This document shows, in pieces, positions 53,753-62,936 of a stretch of DNA of 64,000 nucleotides. This stretch comes from an uncultured Candidatus Rokubacteria bacterium. Lineage in GTDB: Bacteria; Methylomirabilota; Methylomirabilia; Rokubacteriales; CSP1-6. The DNA is taken from contig CAWBMV010000022.1 of the NCBI GenBank assembly GCA_963789955.1, positions 554,471 through 618,470 of the forward strand, read 5' to 3'. The notes under the pieces were generated by a model. The model did no database searches. It saw nothing but the letters and a program-made list of their open reading frames with translations, and was not told the origin of the DNA. The first letter of the stretch is position 1, and every line of letters starts with the position of its first letter. The position numbers were made by a program, and so were the translations under genes.

Positions 53753-53858
53753 CGTTCTCCTCGATGGTGATTGGATGCGGTTTTATAGCACGGCGGCGTC
53801 CAGCGGTCGAGGACACCGTCGCCGGCCGATCGCCTATACTCCGTTCAAGGAGCGCGCC

Positions 53859-54254
53859 GTGAACGCCACCGTCGAGCCCGAGCGGTCGTTGATCACCGTG
53901 ACGCACGTGATCTACGGCCTGCACGCCGCCAGCCTGATCACGGGCATCGTCACCGCGGCCAGCATCGTGTTCGCCTTTCTCACGGGCTGGCCGTCGATCA
54001 TCGCCGTCATCCTCAACTACGTGAAGCGCGGCGAGGCGCGCGGGACGTGGCTCGAGTCGCATTTCCGCTGGCAGATCCGCACGTTCTGGTGGGGACTCCT
54101 GTGGGTCGCGCTCTGCCTGGCCTTCGTGGTCGCCACGCTCGGCATCGGCTTGCTGATCGCCTGGCTCCCGCTCATGGTCGTCGGGTTCTGGTTCATCTAT
54201 CGGATCGCGAAAGGCTGGCTGCGGTTGATCGATCGTAAGCCGATGGACGTGTGA
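53859..54254 (+). CDS. DUF4870-like membrane protein
   Basis: IAVILNYVKR, WLESHFRWQIRTFW, WFIYRIAKGW. Confidence 0.75.
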   Translation: MNATVEPERSLITVTHVIYGLHAASLITGIVTAASIVFAFLTGWPSIIAVILNYVKRGEARGTWLESHFRWQIRTFWWGLLWVALCLAFVVATLGIGLLIAWLPLMVVGFWFIYRIAKGWLRLIDRKPMDV

Positions 54255-54662
54255 AGCGCCGCACACCCGTCGATCGGCTGCGCGCGATCTGCCTGCGGCT
54301 ACCCGAACGCCACGGAAAAGATCGCGTGGGGCGAGCCCACGTGGCGAGTGAGAGGCAAGCTCTTCGCTCAGCTCGACGATCACCACCACGGCGCCGAGCA
54401 TCTCGCGGTGTGGCTGCCCGCGCCGCTCGGCGAGCAGGAAGCGATGATCTTCACGGATCCGGCGCGATTTTTCCGCCCTCCCTATGTGGGGCCGCGGGGC
54501 TGGGTCGGCGTCCGGATCGATCGCCGGCCCAACTGGGCGCAGGTGGCGAGCCTGGTCGAGCAAGCCTATCGGCTGGTGGCGTCGCCCCGGCTGCTGAGCT
54601 CGCTCGGCACGGCGACCCCATCGCCGGTACCGGTGCGCAAGAAGATCAGGAGGACTCGCTCG
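54251..54662 (+). CDS. MmcQ/YjbR family protein (frameshift near 54308; stop unclear)
   Basis: LRAICLRLP..EKIAWGEPTWRVRGKLFA, FFRPPYVGPRGWVG, AYRLVA. Confidence 0.75.
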
Positions 54663-55463
54663 ATGCTGACATCGGACACGATCGACGCCACCGCCCGCGA
54701 CGCGTTCAACACCTATCGGACGCACACGCGCTATCGTCCGCTCGACGCCGGGCTCCGAGGGGCGCCGCTCGACGATGCCTATCGCATTCAGGACGCGCTG
54801 CACCGGGTGATGACCGACGCCGGGCGCGGCGAGATCGCCGGCTGGAAGATCGCGCTCACGTCCAAGGCGATGCAGCAGATGACCGGAGTCGACCAGCCCG
54901 CCGCGGGCGCCATCTTCTCGAAGGTCGTCCACGCCTCGCCGGCGCGCGTCGATGTGACGGCCTATCACCACCTGGGAGTCGAGTTCGAAGTGGCGGTACG
55001 GCTCGCCGAGGCCTTGCCCGCGAGTGGCGGGCCGTGGACGCGCGCCTCGGTGGCCAGCAAGGTCGCCGCGTGCATGCCGGCCTTCGAGCTCGTCGAGGAC
55101 GGTGACGCCGACTACAAGACGCTCGACGCCTTCACGCTGGTCGCGCAGAACACGTGGAATGGCGGCGTGGTGCTCGGGCCGGCCGCCACCGAGTGGCGTC
55201 GCGTCGATCTCGAGCACGCGGTGACGCGCTGCTGGGTCAACGATCAGCTTGGAGGCCAGGGCAAGACCGGCGATGCGATGGGCCATCCGTTCGAGGCCGT
55301 CGCATGGCTGGCAAATCTCCTCAACAGCCGCGGCCGCCGGCTCGAGCCCGGCATGATCGTGATGACCGGCAGCAGCATCACCACGAAGTTTCCCGCGCCG
55401 GGCGATCGCATGCGGTTCGTCATCGACGGACTCGGCGAGGTGGCGCTGGAGGCCGCTCGGTAG
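54663..55463 (+). CDS. 2-keto-4-pentenoate hydratase / FAA hydrolase family
   Basis: AYRIQ, GWKIALTS, VEFEVAV, GHPFEAVAWLAN, MTGS; AGGAGG RBS. Confidence 0.85.
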   Translation: MLTSDTIDATARDAFNTYRTHTRYRPLDAGLRGAPLDDAYRIQDALHRVMTDAGRGEIAGWKIALTSKAMQQMTGVDQPAAGAIFSKVVHASPARVDVTAYHHLGVEFEVAVRLAEALPASGGPWTRASVASKVAACMPAFELVEDGDADYKTLDAFTLVAQNTWNGGVVLGPAATEWRRVDLEHAVTRCWVNDQLGGQGKTGDAMGHPFEAVAWLANLLNSRGRRLEPGMIVMTGSSITTKFPAPGDRMRFVIDGLGEVALEAAR

Positions 55464-56327
55464 TCCGCGGCCAGTCCTGGATCCACGCGAGCGCGAGAGG
55501 CGCACCGTAACTGCCGCCCCGCTCGATGAACTCCCATATCGGCTCACCGGCCAGCGGTCGGAGGGCTTCGGTGCCGAGCTTCCACGCGAAGACGAAGAGC
55601 AGCACGCCGGGCATCGGCCAGACGAGGACGAGCAGACCAAGAGCGCACTCGAACCATCCCGCCAGACGGGGTGAGCGAATGGGCCGCGAGCGTGTCCGGG
55701 CTGATGCCGACGGCCGCGGCGTAGGCGGTCCAGTCCTTGCTGCATGGCGAAGTCGAACCCGCCGTGGCCGATCAGCAGCAACGCCGTCGTCACACGTAGA
55801 ATCGACCCGATCGCCGAGGCGCGCGCGTGACGGTGAGCGTGGGCGTCGGCCGGGCAGAGAACCAGTCCGTCAGGGATCGGCCGGCGCCGAGCAGGCAGAG
55901 GAAGGCCAGGGGCACACCGTAGTTGCCGGCGCGCTCGAGGAGCTCCCATATCCCTTGGCCGGCGAGCGGGCGCAGGCACGCGGTCTGGAATCCCCAGAAC
56001 GCCATGTACAGGATGACGGCGCGAACGGGCTGGATCAGCGTGAGGACGCCGATCGAGATGTCGACTGCGCCGACCAAGGGCATGAGCTTCCACGCCCACG
56101 CCTCCGGGATTCCGAAGATCGCGAAGTAGGGCAGCCACGCGGCCTTGGTGATGACGCCGAAGGCTCCGTGACCGATGAAGCAGGCGGCGACGGCGACGCG
56201 AAGGATCCAGTGCAAGCGTCGCGGGGGTGACGAGGCGACCGACGCGATCCCACGCCGCCGGACGAGCCGCGGGCGCCGACGGTGCGGAGACTCGGCGACG
56301 CGCCACGCCCGCCCGATCGGCGCCCAT
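55420..56327 (-). CDS. Membrane protein with an internal duplication (DoxX-like repeats; frameshifts)
   Basis: ILRVAVAACFIGHGAF...LRPLAGQGIWELLERAGNYGVPLA repeated as ILRVTTALLLIGHGGF...LRPLAGEPIWEFIERGGSYGAPLA. Confidence 0.65.
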
Positions 56328-56334
56328 GGCGGCC

Positions 56335-57648
56335 TTACTTCCGAACCGGCTGGAGGTACAGCGTCGCCGCTCGCTCGACCGACCTTGCGCCCGAGAGCGA
56401 TCCCATCCTCGCAGGCGCTACGGAAATGGATCCCGGCATAGACCCGGGAGTCGGCGCTCTCGCGCGCCGCCTGAGAGAAGCTCGTGAACGATCGCGTGAT
56501 CCCTTCGAAGGGCTTGCCGCTCGTGACCGTGAAGCTGACCTGATCGGAACCCAGGGCAGTGGCGAGGGCCACGGCGGCCGCCGCGCTGAAGGTGCTTTGA
56601 GTCGACGGATAGTCCGAGACCGACAGGGGTGTTCTGATGACTGTCCCAGCGTCGGGTCGCCGACGGTCGCGTCGTTGCCGTCGTTGTCACCCTCGCGAAT
56701 GGCGGTGACGGGGCGCCAGGAATCGTACACGTAACGGATCTTCAAGCCCGCGATGTAGGCGTCCGCCATCGCGATGTTCATCAGGGCGAGAACGCGGGCG
56801 CTGTCTCTGGCGTCGAGACCGCGCGTGGTGGCGACCGTGCGTGCGATCGTGTTCCACGCGCCCGGCCCCTCGAACCAGAAGCGCGCGATCTGAGTCTGGT
56901 CGTCGGTGCGAGCCGTGCTGACCTTGCCGCCGACGCTCTTCACCTCGTTGTAGTCGCGCGCGTAGGTCTGCGCTCGTCAACGCCGGCGGCCCGGGAAGCC
57001 AGAACTGCGAGGCCGACAGCAAGGTGAACGGCGTGACGTTCGCCCAGCCCGGAATCGCCGAGGGCAGGTAGCCGCGAGCCAGGTCCGGGTTGGCGATCGG
57101 CGGGTTGGCGGGAACGGGATTCGGATGCGGGCGCCACTTGCCGGCCCCATGCCGGGCGTGTACGGCGCGTCGCGCGTGGCGCCGTCGTCCTTGCGAAGCG
57201 CGAGGATCGCCGCGCCGGCAGCGCGGCCGATCGCCACGCCCTTGTTCCGGGCGGGCCCGTCGGTGACGCGGGCGATCGACGCGGCATAGGCCTGGTCGAC
57301 CAGGGCGAGCGTCGCGACCTTCTGAGCGGGCGTGCCGAAGCTCCCGACCACACCGACGAGCACCGTGTGCGCGGCGGCCGCGATCGCGGCATCGGGCGAG
57401 GCGGCCGGGTCTCCGGGTCCCTCGAAGTAGTAGGCGTCGTAGCGGCGACTGATCGCGTTCAGCGCGTCGTGCACGGCCACCTGCACCATGGCGAGCGTGC
57501 GCGTCGCCACGACGCTGCTCTGGCCGTTCGCGTCGATGGCCTTCATGGTCGTCTCATTCCACTGAACGACCTCGTTGGCGGCGGCCGGGAGCGTCCATGA
57601 AGCCACAGTCAGGCACAGGATCAGCAGGACTCGAAAGTCCTTCACCAT
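56335..57648 (-). CDS. Vanadium-dependent haloperoxidase/PAP2-like secreted protein (several frameshifts)
   Basis: Signal peptide; VVQWN, AMVQVAVHDALN, DYNEVK..G, ARFW, WRPVTAIR, DYPSTQS, SRVYAGIHF. Confidence 0.78.
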
Positions 57649-57764
57649 CGAGCGATCCTCCTTACTCGGCCGGGACGGGTTTGAATGCCACGGTCTCTGC
57701 GTTCGATCTCGCTGGGGCTGCTGCATCACCTCCAAGGGATTCGGCTCGGTCTGTTCTCGCTCGA

Positions 57765-57780
57765 TGCGCACCTCGTGCCA
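57765..57780 (-). promoter_or_regulatory. Putative sigma54 promoter of the VHPO-like gene
   Basis: Minus strand TGGCACGAGGTGCGCA: perfect -24 box and GC at -12 spacing, but lacks TT. Confidence 0.4.
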
Positions 57781-57904
57781 AACGATCGAACGCAAGTGCT
57801 GCTCGCAGGTTTGGGCGAAGCTCTCGGGGGCCGACATGGCCTTCTGCCCGAAGCGATCGGGCAGGCTTCCACCGTGCTATCGTGGCGCTCGCGGAGGAGG
57901 CACG

Positions 57905-59152
57905 ATGAATCGAACGCTGATCGCCAACACGATGATTCTCGACGGCAGTGGCGCCGCGCCGTTTCCCGGTGACGTGCTGGTCGAGGGCCAGCGCATCGCG
58001 GCCGTCCAGCGGGGCGGAGGGCTGCCGCGGCACGACGCGCGCGTGATCGACGGCGCCGGCGCGACCGTGATGCCCGGGCTCATCGAGCCGCACGGCCACG
58101 TCAGCTATCCCGACGCGCCCTCGAACTCGGCCTTCACGAGCCTTCCGCCGGAAGAGCACGTCCTGATCACGATGCGCAACGCCAAGACCATGCTCGATTG
58201 CGGCTACACGAGCGTGCTGTCCGGCGCGTCGGCCAAGCCGCGACTCGACATCGTGATCCGGAACGAGATCAACGCCGGGCGTATCCCCGGTCCGCGCTAT
58301 CTCGCGAACGGCCCGGAGATCACCGTCACGGGCGGGCTCGGCGACGAGAACGAGCTGCACCTGCCGCATCTGGAGACGCCGACGTTCGCCTGGGTCGCCG
58401 ACGGGCCCGACGAGGTGCGGAAGATCTGCCGCCTGCTCGTGCGCGAGGGGACGGATCTCTTCAAGCTCAACGTGTCGGGCCACGCGGGGCCGACCGACAG
58501 CCGGACCGACCGCGCGGTGATGACCGACGCCGAGGTCGCGGCGGCGATGGAGATCGCGCGGGCGTGCGGTGTGCGCGTGTGCGCCCATGCCCGCAGCGCC
58601 GACTCGGTGAAGATGTGCCTCCGGCACGGTCTCGGCATCATCTACCACGCCAACTTCGCCGACGAGGAAGCGCTCGACCAGCTCGAGGCCAACCGCGACT
58701 GGTGCTACGTGGTGCCGGCGTTGGCGCTCACGTACCAGGCGTGCTACGCGGGCAGCGACTGGGGCTTCACGCCCGAGATGGTCCGCACGCGCGGGCTGCT
58801 GCGGCAGCTGGAAGTCTCCGTCGAGACGATGGGCCGGATGCGCAAGCGCGGGATCCGTGTGCTGCCCGGCGGCGACTACGGCTTCGCGTGGAACCCGCAC
58901 GGGACCTACGCGCGCGATCTCCTGCTCTTCGTCGACGTGCTCGGCTTCACGCCGATGGAGACGCTCGTGGCGGCGACGAAGCTCGGCGGCGAGATCATGG
59001 GGCGCCCGAACGAGCTCGGCCAGATCAAGCCGGGCTTCCTGGCCGACCTGCTGCTGGTCGACGGCGATCCGCTCGCCGACATCAAGCGGCTGCAGAACCG
59101 CGACGCCCTGCTCGTGATCATGAAGGACGGCCAGCTGCACAAGTCGCCGTGA
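57905..59152 (+). CDS. Amidohydrolase (prolidase-like/imidazolonepropionase family)
   Basis: MPGLIEPHGH, FKL, CAHA, YHAN, PGGDYG, ADLLLVDGDP. Confidence 0.85.
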   Translation: MNRTLIANTMILDGSGAAPFPGDVLVEGQRIAAVQRGGGLPRHDARVIDGAGATVMPGLIEPHGHVSYPDAPSNSAFTSLPPEEHVLITMRNAKTMLDCGYTSVLSGASAKPRLDIVIRNEINAGRIPGPRYLANGPEITVTGGLGDENELHLPHLETPTFAWVADGPDEVRKICRLLVREGTDLFKLNVSGHAGPTDSRTDRAVMTDAEVAAAMEIARACGVRVCAHARSADSVKMCLRHGLGIIYHANFADEEALDQLEANRDWCYVVPALALTYQACYAGSDWGFTPEMVRTRGLLRQLEVSVETMGRMRKRGIRVLPGGDYGFAWNPHGTYARDLLLFVDVLGFTPMETLVAATKLGGEIMGRPNELGQIKPGFLADLLLVDGDPLADIKRLQNRDALLVIMKDGQLHKSP

Positions 59153-59159
59153 CCGCGTC

Positions 59160-60299
59160 GTGAAGCGAAGCACCGACCGGATCCTCACGACCCATACCGG
59201 CTCTCTCCCGCGGCCCAAAGACCTGCTGCGGCTGTTGCAAGATCACGAGGAAGGGCGGTTGAGCGCCGAGACCAGGCTCCCCAGCCGCACCCGCGCGGCG
59301 GTGCTCGACATCGTGAAGAAGCAGCGCGAGACCGGGCTGTCGGTCGTCAACGACGGCGAGCAGGGGAGGGCCGACTACACCATCTACGTCAAGGATCGGC
59401 TGACCGGCTTCGCCGGCGAGAGCTCCTCCTGGCCCAATCCCGACGCCGAGGAGTTCCCGGAGTGGACCGAGATGGCGCGCCAGTTCGCGCCGCCGTTCCA
59501 GAAGCGGCCGGCGTGCACCGGGCCCGTCGCGTGGAAGGACTGGCCGGCGGTGGAGCGGGACATCCAGAATCTCAAGGACGCCGCCGCGGCCTCGGGCGCC
59601 GACGAGGTCTTCATGACCTCGCCGTCGCCGGGCCAGATCGGACGATTCCTCCAGAACCGGTACTACTCGAGCGACGAGAAGTATCTCTACACCCTGGCCG
59701 ACGTGATGAAGCGCGAGTACAAGGCCGTCGTCGACGCGGGCTTCATCTTGCAGATCGACTGCCCCGACCTGGCGCTGGGCCGGCACACGCAGTTCTCGCA
59801 CCTGACCCTGCGCGAGTTCCGCGACATCGCCGCGATGCACGTCGAGGTCTTGAACGCCGCCGTCGCGGAGCTTCCGGCCGACCGGATGCGCATCCACGTC
59901 TGCTGGGCCAGCACCGGCGGCCCGCATCATCGCGACGTGCCGCTCAAGGACATCGTCGACGTGGTCGTCAAGGCGCGGCCCGTCGGACTGGTGATCGCCG
60001 GCGCCAACCCGCGCCACGAGCACGAGTGGAAGGTGTGGAAGGACGTGAAGCTCCCGGCCGGCAAGGTGCTCGTCGCGGGCGTGATCGACTCGACCACGAA
60101 CTTCATCGAGCATCCCGAGCTGGTCGCCGAGCGGATCGAGCGCTACGCGAGCGTCGTCGGCCGCGAGAACGTCATCGCCGGCGTCGATTGCGGATTCGGC
60201 ACCTTCGCCGGCCGGGTCCAGGTCGACACGAACATCGTCTGGCACAAGCTCCGCGCGCTCGTCGAGGGCGCGGGCCTGGCCTCGCGCGCGCTCTGGTAG
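59160..60299 (+). CDS. Cobalamin-independent methionine synthase II (MetE C-domain) family protein
   Basis: TTHTGSLPRP, DGEQ, QIDCPDL, HVCW, NPRHEHE, GVID, DCGF. Confidence 0.85.
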   Translation: MKRSTDRILTTHTGSLPRPKDLLRLLQDHEEGRLSAETRLPSRTRAAVLDIVKKQRETGLSVVNDGEQGRADYTIYVKDRLTGFAGESSSWPNPDAEEFPEWTEMARQFAPPFQKRPACTGPVAWKDWPAVERDIQNLKDAAAASGADEVFMTSPSPGQIGRFLQNRYYSSDEKYLYTLADVMKREYKAVVDAGFILQIDCPDLALGRHTQFSHLTLREFRDIAAMHVEVLNAAVAELPADRMRIHVCWASTGGPHHRDVPLKDIVDVVVKARPVGLVIAGANPRHEHEWKVWKDVKLPAGKVLVAGVIDSTTNFIEHPELVAERIERYASVVGRENVIAGVDCGFGTFAGRVQVDTNIVWHKLRALVEGAGLASRALW

Positions 60300-60302
60300 G
60301 CG

Positions 60303-61535
60303 TCAGCCCTCTGCGGTCCGCGCGGCTCGCCCCGGCCCGAGCAGGATCAACGCCGCGCTGATCGCCTGAAGCGCGGCACACGCACCGAGGGCCGCCTCGT
60401 ACGCGCCCGCCCAGTCCCGCACGACGCCCACCAGAGTAGGGCCGAAGGCGAACGTCAGCTGATTGATCCCGACCACGAGGCCGACGAGCCCGCTGAAGTG
60501 CTCGCGCGGCCACTCGACGGCGAGAATCAGCCCCGGCAACGTCGTGAGGTTTCCGACACCGAGGCCGAAGAGTGCGCAACCCGCGTAGACACCGGCCGCC
60601 GACGGCACGTGCGCGAGCAGCGCCACGCCCGCGAGCTGGATCATCAGGGTCACGCAGGCGACGACGCGGCGATTGACCCTGTCCACCACGAAGCCCGTCG
60701 CCAGACGCCCGATCAGAGCCGCCGCCGTCGTCGCGCTGACGGCGCGTGCGGCCCCGCCCGCGCCGAGCGCCGGCGTCGTCAGCGCGACGAGATGCGTGAG
60801 CACGCCGACCTGTGCCGCGAGCCCGAGCGCGAAAGGCGCCGAGACACTCCAGAAGCGCCACGTGCGAAGCGCGTCTCTGCGCCAGCGCCGGTCGCCACTG
60901 TCCCCGCTCCCGGCGGGAGCCGCGCGTGGCGCGCCCCCGTCGGGTCCGGTGCCGACCGCGTCGGGCCCGCGCCGCATGACGGCCGCGGCGAGTGCCAGCA
61001 GCACCACGAGCTGCGCAAGGGCGGCGGCCCCGAGGGCCTGCGCGAAGCCGAGCCGCCCGACCAGCGCGAGGAGCGCGGGCGCGACGATCACGCCCCCGAG
61101 CGTGGCCCCGTTGAAGGCGAGGCTGACCGCGAGCCCCCGGCGGCGGTGGAACCATGGAGCGAGGACGATGTTGATCGCCGCGCCGCTCATCGCGCCCCAG
61201 CCGACGGACATCACGAGAAAGACCGGATAGAGATGCCACGGCCGGCCGACGAGCCCGAGCATCGCGACGCCGGCCGCCATCGCGACGGCGCCGCCCGCGA
61301 CGACGACCCTCGCCCCGAAGCGCTCGTACACGCCGGCGATCGCCGCGGTCAGGAGGGCGCCGGCCACGTAGTACACGGTGACCGGCGCCGAGACCGCCGA
61401 TGCCGACCATCCGTAGAGCTGCTGGAGCATCGCGACGTAGACCGCGATCCCGTAGAAGCCGAGACCGAAGCTGAAGAGCGCCATCACGAAGGTCGCGGCC
61501 ACCACGTTCCAGCCGTAGAAATATCGCGTGCTCAT
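60303..61535 (-). CDS. MFS transporter
   Basis: YGWNVV, WFHRRRGLA, about 12 TM. Confidence 0.85.
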   Translation of the reverse strand: MSTRYFYGWNVVAATFVMALFSFGLGFYGIAVYVAMLQQLYGWSASAVSAPVTVYYVAGALLTAAIAGVYERFGARVVVAGGAVAMAAGVAMLGLVGRPWHLYPVFLVMSVGWGAMSGAAINIVLAPWFHRRRGLAVSLAFNGATLGGVIVAPALLALVGRLGFAQALGAAALAQLVVLLALAAAVMRRGPDAVGTGPDGGAPRAAPAGSGDSGDRRWRRDALRTWRFWSVSAPFALGLAAQVGVLTHLVALTTPALGAGGAARAVSATTAAALIGRLATGFVVDRVNRRVVACVTLMIQLAGVALLAHVPSAAGVYAGCALFGLGVGNLTTLPGLILAVEWPREHFSGLVGLVVGINQLTFAFGPTLVGVVRDWAGAYEAALGACAALQAISAALILLGPGRAARTAEG

Positions 61536-61617
61536 CCTGATTCCGACGCTATCGGCTCCGCGCTCGGCTGTCTCGCCGTTTTCGGACGTGATCGTCCGCG
61601 GCTCCGTTCGCAGCGCG

Positions 61618-62295
61618 ATGCTGCGTGCTACGCTTCGCGAGGTGCGGAACGGGGCCGTGCTCGACCCGAAGATCTGCGACCGCGCGCGCATCGCGCGAGA
61701 CCCGCGCTTCGACGGCGCGTTCTATACCGGCGTGAGAACGACGCGGATCTATTGCCGGCCCACTTGCCCGGTGAAGCCCGCCCGGTCGAAGAACGTCGTC
61801 TTCTTCCCGACCGCGGCCGCGGCCGAGCGCGCGGGCTTTCGCCCGTGCCTGCGCTGCCGGCCGGAGTCGGCGCCGGGCACGCCGGCCTGGCGGGGGGCGG
61901 CCGCGACGGTGTCGCGCGCGCTCCGGCTCATCGAGCAGGGATTTCTCGATGGCGACGCGCGCGTCGAAGACCTCGCGGACGCCCTCGGGATGACCGCGCG
62001 TCATCTCCGCCGATTGTTTCTGCGCCACGCCGGCGCCTCGCCGTCCGCGGTCGCGACGACCCGGCGCGTGCAGCGCGCGAAAGCCCTGGTCGACGACACG
62101 CGGATGCCCATGTCCGCGATCGCCTTCGCGTCCGGGTTTGCCAGCATCCGGCGGTTCAACGCGGCGTTTCGTTCCGTCTACCGTCGCGCGCCCAGCGCCG
62201 TTCGCCGCGCGCGCTCGAGGCGGGCCGTTGCCGAGTCGCGAGCGTCGTGGCAATCTTCCGCCGGGAGGAGCCGACCATGGCAAAGGGCACCTTGA
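61618..62295 (+). CDS. Ada Zn-binding domain + AraC HTH (AdaA-like methylphosphotriester repair/regulator)
   Basis: ARDPRFDG, IYCRPTCP, GFRPCLRC, RHLRRLF, SGFASIRRFN. Confidence 0.85.
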   Translation: MLRATLREVRNGAVLDPKICDRARIARDPRFDGAFYTGVRTTRIYCRPTCPVKPARSKNVVFFPTAAAAERAGFRPCLRCRPESAPGTPAWRGAAATVSRALRLIEQGFLDGDARVEDLADALGMTARHLRRLFLRHAGASPSAVATTRRVQRAKALVDDTRMPMSAIAFASGFASIRRFNAAFRSVYRRAPSAVRRARSRRAVAESRASWQSSAGRSRPWQRAP

Positions 62296-62906
62296 TCGCG
62301 GCGATGAACATCGGGCAGGCGGCCGAGGACGAGTTCCAGGACTGGTACGACACAGAGCATCTGCCGGAGCGGCAGCGCGTTCCGGGCTTCCTCGTGTGCG
62401 ACCGCTGGATCGGCGTGAGCGACCGCAAGATCTCGGTTGCCACGTACGATCTCGAGAACATCAAGGTGCTCGCGAGCCCGGCCTATCTGGCGATCGGCGG
62501 GGCGAACCTGTCGCCGTGGTCGAAACGGGTCACCGGCCGGGTCGAGCGCCTGATGCGCTTCGAGGGCGATCAGATCCTTCCGGGCGACCAGCTGCCGCCG
62601 GCCGGTGCGGGTGGGTTGCTCCTCAATGCCATGAACATCGCGCCGGAGCACGAAGCCGAGTTCAACGAGTGGTACGACAAGGAGCACATCCCGGCGCTCG
62701 CCGCCGTGCCCGGCGTCCTCGGGGCCCGTCGCTTCCGCGGCACCGGGAACCGCAAGTACGTGGCGCTCTACCACCTGGCGACGCCCGAGGTGCAGGAGTC
62801 GGCCGAGTGGAAGCAGGCGCGCCAGAGCGACTGGACGAGCCGGCTGCAGCCACATTTCCGCGATCACCTGCGCCTGGTCTGCCGGCGCTACGTGCGCGGC
62901 GCCTAG
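62277..62906 (+). CDS. Tandem EthD/DUF4286-like dimeric alpha-beta barrel protein
   Basis: EFQDWYDTEHLPER..VPGF repeated as EFNEWYDKEHIPAL..VPGV. Confidence 0.7.
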   Translation: MAKGTLIAAMNIGQAAEDEFQDWYDTEHLPERQRVPGFLVCDRWIGVSDRKISVATYDLENIKVLASPAYLAIGGANLSPWSKRVTGRVERLMRFEGDQILPGDQLPPAGAGGLLLNAMNIAPEHEAEFNEWYDKEHIPALAAVPGVLGARRFRGTGNRKYVALYHLATPEVQESAEWKQARQSDWTSRLQPHFRDHLRLVCRRYVRGA

Positions 62907-62936
62907 CGCGCCGACGATTCGCGAGGGGAGTGAGCC

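Noticed and set aside
54348..55463. Apparent MmcQ/YjbR-hydratase fusion ORF
   Set aside because: A strong AGGAGG RBS and ATG at 54663, plus a nearby out-of-frame TGA, suggest two genes. Indel errors are frequent here, so the fusion is unsupported without reads.
53019..56327. 1102-aa minus-strand ORF and other long overlapping ORFs (e.g. 60498-62906, 35410-37425, 4208-6004)
   Set aside because: Shadow or antisense frames typical of high-GC DNA: Arg/Ala/Pro-rich and overlapping well-supported genes.
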